Origin: Burkholderiales bacterium
Lineage (GTDB): Bacteria; Pseudomonadota; Gammaproteobacteria; Burkholderiales; SHXO01
Assembly: GCA_035501875.1 (NCBI GenBank)
Contig: DATJVI010000103.1
Span: 23,820 to 87,819, forward strand
Reading direction: 5' to 3'
Length of the DNA stretch: 64,000 bases
Shown here: positions 56,629-64,000 of the stretch, one piece after another
How the letters are laid out: each line of letters begins with the position of its first letter
Position numbering within the stretch: the first letter of the stretch is position 1
Notes under the pieces: generated by a model
Databases searched by the model: none
What the model saw: only the letters and a program-made list of their open reading frames with translations
What the model was told of the DNA's origin: nothing
Position numbers and translations under genes: made by a program

Positions 56629-58161
56629 TTACCTCCTCGGATAGCCCTTGAAGTCCTCCTCACCCGGCATGATGTTTGGGTACTCTCGCACGCTCTTCTC
56701 GTATGCGCCCATGATCTCCAGCATCGGGAAATACGCCCACCCCATGGTGAGCGTCGCGTTCCAGAGGTTGTAGTCCTCGTGCGGGTCGCTGGAGAGATCG
56801 AAGAACTGCGGGAGGATCGGCTCCTCGAAGCCATGGTTAATGGCCTCGGGTCCCGGGCCGCGGTTGTAACGAAGAACCATCTTGTAATACATCCATTTGA
56901 CCGACATGAGCCGGCCGTCGCTGCCAAAGAACATGTAGTAGTCCCGGCCCGTCGTGGGGCTCCTGCCCAGCATGAAGGCCGAAGCGTCCTTGCCGTCGAT
57001 GGGTCGGTCCTTCGGCACTAGATTCGACGCACCGGCAAAGCCGGCAAGCGTCGGCAGCCAGTCCACCGCCGCCAGCATCTGCTCGGTTACTATGCCCGCG
57101 GGCACCTTGCCCGGCCAGCGCACCATGGCAGGCACACGCATGCTGCCCTCGAAGGGCGCCCAGTAAATGTTGCCGCGATACGGCCCGGTGGAGCCGCCTG
57201 AGCTACCAGCGGCGCCGGTGACCGGCCCGTTGTCGCTGCTGAGCACCACGATGGTGTTGTCATCGATGCCGGCCTCCTTGATGGCATCGAGGATCTGCCC
57301 GACCCGGTAGTCCATTTCGGCAATGCAGTCGGCGTACATTCCCCCGCGCAACGGAGACTTGCCGACGAAGTCGGGGTTGCACACTTCGGGCGGATGCATC
57401 TCGGAATAGCCGAGGTAGACGAAGAAGGGTTTCTTGGCCGCCGCCTGCCGCTTGATGAAGTCGATGGTCTTCGGAATGAGATACTGTCCGTCGACGATTG
57501 GCCGCACCTTCATATCCAGAGGCATCGCGATCTTGGACGGCTCGCCCTTGCGGCCCTCCAGGATGTGGGGAGGGAGGTCGAGCAGCTCGGGCACCTTCTT
57601 CTCGGCCAGGACCTTCTTCACCATGGCGTTGAAGAGCGGATAGGTCGTGTACGCGGCCTCATCCCAGCTGTCGGGAATCCCCCACCACTCGTCGAAGCCC
57701 TGGTCGTTCGGCAGGCGACCCTGCGTGTTGCCCAGATGCCATTTGCCGTACAACGCGGTCGCGTAGCCGGCGTCGGAGAGCAGCTTGGCGATCGTGTACT
57801 CCCACGGTGTCAACCCGAACTTCCCGCCCGCCGGGGGAACGACCGACCAGGTGCCGGACCGGATCGGGTGGCGCCCGGTCATGATCGCCGAGCGCGACTG
57901 CGTGCACTGGATCTCGACGTTGTAATTGTTGAACCGGATCCCCTCGTTCGCCAGCTTGTCTATGCGGGGGGTGGCGGTTGTGCCGCCGTAAACGCCGAAA
58001 TCCCCCCACCCGACGTTGTCCACCAGGATGAAGACGATGTTGGGCTTCGAAGAGGTGTTCTGTGCACTCGCTGTCTGTGCGGCGAATGCAGCGACCAGTG
58101 CTGCGCTCAAGGCGAAAGCCGTCACCACTGTTCTAGCGCTCATCTGCGGATTTCTTTTCAT
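56629..58161 (-). CDS. Sulfatase (S1 family), atypical C-T-Q-S-R active-site motif
   Basis: 510 aa. Signal peptide. Motifs: NIVFILVDNVGWGDFGVYGG, IQCTQSRSAIMTGRHPIRSG, GKWHLG, SSDNGP. Confidence 0.9.
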   Translation of the reverse strand: MKRNPQMSARTVVTAFALSAALVAAFAAQTASAQNTSSKPNIVFILVDNVGWGDFGVYGGTTATPRIDKLANEGIRFNNYNVEIQCTQSRSAIMTGRHPIRSGTWSVVPPAGGKFGLTPWEYTIAKLLSDAGYATALYGKWHLGNTQGRLPNDQGFDEWWGIPDSWDEAAYTTYPLFNAMVKKVLAEKKVPELLDLPPHILEGRKGEPSKIAMPLDMKVRPIVDGQYLIPKTIDFIKRQAAAKKPFFVYLGYSEMHPPEVCNPDFVGKSPLRGGMYADCIAEMDYRVGQILDAIKEAGIDDNTIVVLSSDNGPVTGAAGSSGGSTGPYRGNIYWAPFEGSMRVPAMVRWPGKVPAGIVTEQMLAAVDWLPTLAGFAGASNLVPKDRPIDGKDASAFMLGRSPTTGRDYYMFFGSDGRLMSVKWMYYKMVLRYNRGPGPEAINHGFEEPILPQFFDLSSDPHEDYNLWNATLTMGWAYFPMLEIMGAYEKSVREYPNIMPGEEDFKGYPRR

Positions 58162-58497
58162 GTGCGGTCTCCTTTCCAGGCTCTTGCAGAACGAGTCTCA
58201 TGTTCCACGTTGCTCTAAGAGATCTAGGGCGAGCTCCAGTACTCCTGTCTCGCAAGGAAAGCGAATGCCACTTTCGTTCTAGTCGATACAGTCATCAATA
58301 GATGGCTTGGGCTGCCCGCCTGGGCCGCGGCCAAGTGAGGTGCGGCCCCAACGCACGGGCCGCGAGCGGGGTCGAGGATATGATCAGCTCTTGCATGGAA
58401 CGGTCTCCTCGAATACATGCAGGCTTCAAGGGTCTCGAACTGACCGTCTGGACTCAACTGCTCGCCATTGAACTACATCGCATCACGGGCACGCAAG

Positions 58498-58510
58498 TTG
58501 ATCTCGATCA
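58498..58510. promoter_or_regulatory. Degenerate copy of the inverted repeat found at 63209..63222
   Basis: ttgatctcgatca sits inside a ~110-nt block that aligns by eye with the region upstream of the paralogous sulfatase. Confidence 0.2.
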
Positions 58511-58729
58511 GGGCTGACGAGATTAGCACTCGGCCGAGTTGTGATTGTTTCAGTACCCTTACAAGACCCTTGCCTTGCGCTCGATCTGCGAAAAGGCATA
58601 TGCCGATCGAGTGGACGTGCGAACCCCGCAATGCGCAGATCCGCTATCCAGCTCGGTCGTGGCCTGACAAGCGCTCGCGTCAATCCATTCCAATGGGCGC
58701 ATCAGCGTGGCGCTCGTGCGTCGAGCTTG

Positions 58730-58885
58730 CTACTGCCCTTTCGGGAAGGTGGCACGACGTTCCTCGAGCACGGCAGCCTCCTGCACGAGGCGCGTGAGCT
58801 CGGCAACCGAACGCACGCGAAGCTTGGCGGTGATGGCCGTGCGGTGCAGCTCCACGGTCCGCTCGCCGATGCCAGGTCGCCGGCG
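58730..58885 (-). pseudogene. Remnant of the 3' end (HTH region) of a FixJ/LuxR-type response regulator gene
   Basis: 58690..58885 aligns with 63415..63611: 12 mismatches plus one 1-nt gap in my hand alignment. It would encode ...GIGERTVELHRTAITAKLRVRSVAELTRLVQEAAVLEERRATFPKGQ*. No receiver domain and no start codon. Confidence 0.6.
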
Positions 58886-58917
58886 GCGATGACTACTCCG
58901 GGCAGCAGGCGCTGCGT

Positions 58918-61413
58918 CTATTGCGTCGGCGTGTCGCGCGCGGCTGCGACGGCGCGCTGCATCGTCTCGCGATCGGACGAGGTCAGCTGCTCGCGCCCTA
59001 ACTTGTAGGTGACCTGGTTGATCGTTCCGGTGAACTTGAACGGCAGCTCGTAGCTTTCGTCGACCGGCGTGCGGGTGTCCAGGCCGATGTCGAGAGTCTC
59101 GTCGAGCGCCATGATGAACGGGATCGTGTGCTCCATCTTCTGCTGCGCGAGCACCCTGCCGTCGACCATGAGCACCCCCGTGCCGCTCTTGCCAAGGCCC
59201 GGCCCGTCGTACTTGAAGTCGAAGACGAGCGTGTGCTTGCCGGGAGAAAGCGACTTGCCGAGCCAGTCTTCGGCGCCGACCCCGCCCTCGAAGCGGTAGC
59301 GCTTGAGGTTGAGCAGGTTGTAGACGAATACCGGCTTGCCCCTTTGCAAGTAGAGACCATAGCCGCCGAAGCGCCCGCCCATCGTCGCGATCATGCCCTG
59401 CGCGCCTTCTTCTGGCACCGTGATCTCGGCGGTGATCGTGTAGTCCCGATCCAGGAGGTTCGGCGCGTTGCCGACCGGAATGCCAACGTTCTCGCCTGTA
59501 TAGGTGAACACCGTCCTGCCTGCCGTTGCGCTTGGCCGCGGCGTGAGCAGGCGCGGCAGGACCGAGTTATCGATCGGGAGGACCTGGTACCTCACGGCCT
59601 CGGTGAGGAACAGCGCCTGCATCTCCTTCAGCTTGTCGGGCATCTTCGCCGCGAGGTCGTTGGCCTGCGAGTAGTCCTCGGCGATGTTGTAGAGCTCCCA
59701 CTTGTACTCGTTGACCGGGGGCAGCGGCTTCGTGCCGAGCACCCAGGGTGGCACAGGGGGGGTCGTGCAGGCGTACCAGCCGTCGTGGTAGATGCCGCGG
59801 TTGGCCATCATTTCGAAGTACTGCGTAGCGCGCTTCGACGGCGCGTTGGCGTTGGACTTGTCGAACGTGTAGACCATGCTCACGCCTTCGATCGGCTTCT
59901 GCTTGATCCCGTCGACCCTGTCCGGCGCTTCGATCCCCGCCGCTTCGAGGATCGTCGGCACGATGTCGATGACGTGGTGGAACTGTGACCGGATGCCGCC
60001 CGGGCCGTCGATGTGGCCGGGCCACGAGATCGCCATCCCCTGCCGCGTGCCGCCGAAGTGCGAGGCGATCTGCTTCACCCACTTGAACGGCGTGTCGAAC
60101 GCCCACGCCCACGGCACGGCCATGTGCGGGTACGTCTTGTCGGAGCCCCACGACTCGTAGTAGCGCAGATATTCGATCTCGGGCAGCTGGAGGACACCGT
60201 TGGCGGCAGTCATCCAGTTCGGCGTGCCCATCATCGTGCCCTCGGCGCTCGTGCCGTTGTCGCCGTCGATGTAGATGATGAGCGTGTTGTCGAGCTTGCC
60301 CATGTCCTCGACCGCTTGAATCACGCGGCCGATTTCGTGGTCGTTGTAGGCGGTGTAGGCCGCGAACACGTCCACCTCGCGAATGACGATCTTCTTCTGC
60401 ACCAGGGAGAGCGAGTCCCAGCGCGGCAGCGAATCTGGCCACGGCGTGAGCTGCGTCCCCGGCGGGATCACGCCGAGACGCTTCTGGTTGGCGAAGATCT
60501 GCTCGCGCAGCTTCTCCCAGCCCTCGTCGAACAGATGCATCTTGCTGATCTTTTCGATCCACTCCTCGGTCGGCTGGTGCGGGTCGTGCGTCGCGCCGGG
60601 CACGTAGTAGACGAAGAACGGCTTCTCGGGGGCCGAGGCGTTGAGCTCCTTCATGTAACGGATTGCTTCGTCCGCCATGTCGGTGACGAAGTTGTAGTCC
60701 TTCCTGCCGATCCACGGATACACCGGGGTGTGATCGCGGAACAGGTACGGCGTCCACTGGTCGGTTTCGCCGCCCATGAAGCCGTAGAAGTACTGGAAGC
60801 CCATTCCACTCGGCCACTGGTCGAACGGACCCGCGGCGCTGTACTGGAACGATGGCGTGTTGTGGTTCTTGCCGAACCACGACGTGGCGTAGCCGTTGTC
60901 GGAGAGGATCCGGCCGATCGTCGCGTTCTCCGGACCGATCACCGAGTCGTAGCCCGGATAGCCGGTCGCCATCTCGCTGATGATGCCGAAGCCCACTGCG
61001 TGATGGTTGCGGCCGGTGATGATCGCCGCCCGCGTGGGTGAGCACAGCGCGGTCGAGTGGAACTGCGTATAGCGCAGGCCGCCCTTGGCGACGCGATCGA
61101 GCGCCGGCGTGGGAATGACGCCGCCGAACGTGCTCGGCACGCCGTAGCCCGAGTCGTCGGTCATGATCAGCAGCACGTTGGGCGCACCCTTCGGTGGCAC
61201 TACCCTGGGTGGCCACCACGGCTTCGAATCCTTGGCGTTCTCCTTGATCACGCCGCCGAACGCCGGCGGAGGCGGCGGCAATTGATTACCGGGGATCGTC
61301 GTCGTGGCGCTGGGCGAACCAGGCGTTCCAGTGATCTGCTGCGCGGTCGCCAACGGCGCCAGTACTGCTCCGGCGATCAGTGATAGAAGGAACTTCGCAG
61401 CGCAGCGCTTCAT
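58918..61413 (-). CDS. Arylsulfatase, long form (S1 family), canonical C-S-P-T-R motif
   Basis: About 831 aa from MKRCAAKFLL (AAGGAG RBS; the track ORF starts at 61443). Motifs NVLLIMTDDSGYG, ALCSPTRAAIITGRNHH, GKNHN, DGDNGTS. Confidence 0.9.
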   Translation of the reverse strand: MKRCAAKFLLSLIAGAVLAPLATAQQITGTPGSPSATTTIPGNQLPPPPPAFGGVIKENAKDSKPWWPPRVVPPKGAPNVLLIMTDDSGYGVPSTFGGVIPTPALDRVAKGGLRYTQFHSTALCSPTRAAIITGRNHHAVGFGIISEMATGYPGYDSVIGPENATIGRILSDNGYATSWFGKNHNTPSFQYSAAGPFDQWPSGMGFQYFYGFMGGETDQWTPYLFRDHTPVYPWIGRKDYNFVTDMADEAIRYMKELNASAPEKPFFVYYVPGATHDPHQPTEEWIEKISKMHLFDEGWEKLREQIFANQKRLGVIPPGTQLTPWPDSLPRWDSLSLVQKKIVIREVDVFAAYTAYNDHEIGRVIQAVEDMGKLDNTLIIYIDGDNGTSAEGTMMGTPNWMTAANGVLQLPEIEYLRYYESWGSDKTYPHMAVPWAWAFDTPFKWVKQIASHFGGTRQGMAISWPGHIDGPGGIRSQFHHVIDIVPTILEAAGIEAPDRVDGIKQKPIEGVSMVYTFDKSNANAPSKRATQYFEMMANRGIYHDGWYACTTPPVPPWVLGTKPLPPVNEYKWELYNIAEDYSQANDLAAKMPDKLKEMQALFLTEAVRYQVLPIDNSVLPRLLTPRPSATAGRTVFTYTGENVGIPVGNAPNLLDRDYTITAEITVPEEGAQGMIATMGGRFGGYGLYLQRGKPVFVYNLLNLKRYRFEGGVGAEDWLGKSLSPGKHTLVFDFKYDGPGLGKSGTGVLMVDGRVLAQQKMEHTIPFIMALDETLDIGLDTRTPVDESYELPFKFTGTINQVTYKLGREQLTSSDRETMQRAVAAARDTPTQ

Positions 61414-61624
61414 CGTGGGCTCTCCTTCTCGGGGCGGATGCAACGAATAAGGATGGGTATTCGGTCAGACGCGGAGTTGATCGTCATCAAATGCGTTGGC
61501 TGACTTGGATGGCCGCCTTAAGCGGCCATCCAGGTAGCATTGCCTTCAATGCGATGCGGCGGGGCTCTCTCGCTCTCAGCGAACTGGCGCGGCGTGAGCC
61601 CCACGTGAGGGCGGCGTCCGCTCC

Positions 61625-63095
61625 TCACTTCGTCGGATAGCCCTTGAAGTCTTCGCCGGGCTTGATGTTCGGATATTTCCTCGCGCTCATCTCGTACTTG
61701 AAGACTTCGCGCAGCATTGGCTCTAAGATCCAACTGTTGTCCAGCTTGGTAGCAAAGAGGTTGACGTGTTCGCCCGGATCGCCGCTCAGGTCGTACATCA
61801 TGGGGAACTGCGGCTGGATGATGGGCTCCTCGAGTCCCGTGGAATAGCGGAAGACCGCCTTGTAGATCTTCCATTTGATCGACATCAGTCCGCCGTCAAG
61901 ACCGAAGAGCATGTAAGAATCACGCCCGGTGGTCTGGCTCTTACCCAGCATGAACGCTGAGGCGTCGATGCCGTCGATCGGGCGATCCTTGGGGACGAGA
62001 TTTGGCGCACCTGCGATGCCGGCAAGCGTCGGCAGCCAGTCCACGGCGGCGAGCATCTCGTTGGTGACGATTCCGGCCGGCACGTGGCCGGGCCAGCGAA
62101 CCATGCCAGCCGTTCGGCAGCTGCCTTCGAACGGTGGAGTGAAGAAGTCGCCGCGCCAGGGCCCGCTCGAGCCGCCCGGGGCAACAGGAATGCTGGGGGC
62201 CGACCCATTGTCGCTGGTGAGGACCACAAGGGTGTTGTCGTCGATGCCCGCCTCTTTGATCGCATCGAGGATTTGTCCGACACGGAAGTCCATCTCGCCA
62301 AGCAGGTCGGAGTAGACCCCACCGCGCTGCGGCGAGTTGCCCGCAAAGTCCGGGTTCACCACAACAGGCGGATGCATTTCCGAATAGGCCAGGTAAACGA
62401 AGAACGGCTTCTTCGCGGCCGCATTCCGCTTGATAGAGTCGATGGTCTTCGGAATGAGGTATTTCTGATCCACGATCCCGCGAACCTTCAAATCGAGCCG
62501 CATCACCGGAGTGGAAGGCCGACCCTTCTTGCCCTCCAAGATCATGGGGGGCTTCATCCCCGATTCCTTGGAGAGCGGGTAAGAGGTGTACCCGGCCTCG
62601 TCCCATGAGTTCGGAATCCCCCACCAGTCGTCGAAGCCTTTATCGTTCGGCAGGCGCCCTTGAACATCGCCGAGGTACCATTTCCCGTACAGCGCGGTGG
62701 CATAGCCCGCGTCCGACAGCAGTTGGGCAATCGTGTACTCGAACGGCGCCAGACCGTAGGGGAGTCCAAACGTCACCTTGTAGGTTCCGGAGCGGACCGA
62801 CATGCGCCCGGTCATGATGGCCGAGCGCGACGGCGCGCACTGGACCTCGACGCTGTAGTTGTTGAAGCGGCTCCCCTCGCGCGCCAACTGATCGATGCGC
62901 GGCGTGGTCGTGGTGCCGCCGTAAACGCCAAAATCCCCCCCAACCCACGTTGTCCACGAGGATGAAGACGATGTTGGGCTTCGAACTCGGGGCGTTCTGT
63001 GCGTGCGCGGTCGGCGCAGCGAATCCAAGCAGCAATGCTCCCATGGTCAGGACGAAAGCCGCGAGCGCGGCCAGGGGCTTCATGGGCTTTTGCAT
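61625..63095 (-). pseudogene. Sulfatase paralogue (C-A-P-S-R motif) interrupted by a +1 frameshift in a C7/G7 homopolymer
   Basis: The N-terminus (MQKPMKPLAALAAFVLTMGALLLGFAAPTAHAQ...NIVFILVDNVGWG) is in ORF 62640..63182. The rest (DFGVYGGTTTTPRIDQL...VQCAPSRSAIMTG...) is in ORF 61625..63028. The frames join at the run ccccccc, 62935..62941. Confidence 0.8.
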
Positions 63096-63208
63096 CGAAT
63101 GGCCTCTGTCCTCTCTATTGAAGCAGCTGTAGGGAAGCTGAAAAAGCGTCGAAATGACCGTTGGGAGTGAAGCGGCTGCCATTGGATAGCAGGAACCACC
63201 AGAGCCCT

Positions 63209-63222
63209 TTGATCTAGATCAA
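63209..63222. promoter_or_regulatory. Perfect 14-bp palindrome TTGATCTAGATCAA upstream of the frameshifted sulfatase
   Basis: Lies 114-127 nt upstream of the sulfatase start (63095), between it and the response-regulator gene. A partly conserved copy is at 58498..58510. Confidence 0.25.
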
Positions 63223-63454
63223 GCGCGACGAGATCGATACTCGGGCCCATTGTGATTCTTGCAGCAACATTACAAATCGGCTTGCAGCGCATTCGATCTG
63301 TAGCATACAGACATATTTCTCAGCGAGCAGAGATAAGGTCCCCCCGCACTACCCGGCATCGGTATCCGCATCGGTCCTTGCCCTGACGCCTGTTAGCGCT
63401 CGTCCCAGCCAAGTCCACTGGGGGAATCAGCGTAGCGTTCGAGCGTCGAGCTTG

Positions 63455-64000
63455 CTACTGCCCTTTCGGGAAGGTGGGAGGACGTTGCTCGAGCACGGCA
63501 GCCTCCTGCACGAGACGCGTGAGCTCGGCAACCGAACGCACGCGAAGCTTGGCGGTGATGGCAGTGCGGTGCAGCTTCACGGTCCGCTCGCCGATGCCCA
63601 GGTCGCCGGCGATCTGCTTGTTGAGCCTTCCTTGCACGACATGCTGAAGCACGTCGCGCTCGCGCGGCGTGAGCGCATCGAAGCGGGCGCGCAACTCGTG
63701 CATGCGGGCGCGCTGCGCACGCTGGCGAGCGTCGCGGGTGAGCGCGCGCTCGACCGCTTCGAGCAGCGCGGCCTTCGATGCGTCCTTCGTGAGAAAGTCC
63801 TCGGCGCCCTGCCGCATCGCGCGCACGCTCGTCTCGATGTCGCCTTGTCCGGTGAGAAAGATCACCGGCGGCGCGAGCGCGTTGCCGGCCAGCGAACGCT
63901 GCAGGTCGAGACCGCTCATGCCGGGCATGCGCAAGTCTGCGATCAGGCATCCGGGCGCGTCGGCGAGCTGGGCGAGAAACTGCTCTGCCGAGGAGAAGGT
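63455..64000 (-). CDS. FixJ/LuxR (NarL) family response regulator (5' end outside window)
   Basis: The frame is open to nt 64000 (...TFSSAEQFLAQLADAPGCLIADLRMPGMSGLDL...). Receiver domain plus LuxR HTH RERDVLQHVVQGRLNKQIAGDLGIGERTVKLHRTAI. Confidence 0.85.
   Translation of the reverse strand, partial: TFSSAEQFLAQLADAPGCLIADLRMPGMSGLDLQRSLAGNALAPPVIFLTGQGDIETSVRAMRQGAEDFLTKDASKAALLEAVERALTRDARQRAQRARMHELRARFDALTPRERDVLQHVVQGRLNKQIAGDLGIGERTVKLHRTAITAKLRVRSVAELTRLVQEAAVLEQRPPTFPKGQ

Noticed and set aside
59567-61219. 550-aa minus-strand ORF, plus the 60013..61041 and 59128..59988 plus-strand ORFs.
   Set aside because: They are alternate or antisense frames of the long arylsulfatase gene (58918..61413), which carries all the sulfatase motifs.

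Overview
GC-rich bacterial chromosomal segment, proteobacterium-like in gene content. G+C was judged by eye, not computed. About 55 credible genes; no rRNA, tRNA, CRISPR array, integrase or transposase was recognised.

Layout:
- 1-13.5 kb: mixed metabolic and repair genes. These are a lactonase, TauD/TfdA dioxygenase, FAH hydrolase, cupin plus orphan solute-binding protein, ferredoxin-MBL fusion, a translationally coupled ada / 2OG-oxygenase / alkB operon, a BASS transporter, a PEP-utilising kinase-like protein and an NHL-repeat protein.
- 13.5-17.5 kb: a visibly more AT-rich islet of minus-strand orphan genes. Its core is a TIR-domain protein whose C-terminus looks like a catalytically dead papain-fold domain. 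It also holds small envelope proteins, a repeated hairpin and a toxin-antitoxin-like remnant. This is my best candidate for an undescribed conflict or defence module.
- 17.5-23 kb: enolase-superfamily enzyme, pirin, an 8-heme cytochrome c fused to TPR repeats, and a DUF4124 protein.
- 23-42 kb and 54-64 kb: a large sulfate-ester locus with five sulfatases (one frameshifted in a C homopolymer), one formylglycine-generating enzyme and a SulP transporter. The sulfatases are interleaved with uncharacterised secreted proteins: two small proteins sharing a ...GRGDNQ C-terminus, two paralogous lipoproteins built from a triplicated module, DUF1254/DUF1214, and a decayed DUF3604 gene. A FixJ/LuxR-type response regulator lies at the window end, and a ~196-nt remnant copy of its 3' end lies 4.7 kb away.
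- 44-48.5 kb: a serine-palmitoyltransferase-like / acyltransferase / epimerase-reductase / PAP2 cluster that resembles bacterial sphingolipid synthesis.
- 48.6-53.6 kb: pqiA (split) - pqiB - pqiC, then a ClC channel.

Many long antisense or alternate-frame ORFs in the track are GC artefacts and were rejected. All family assignments come from motif recognition in the supplied translations; no database search was run.
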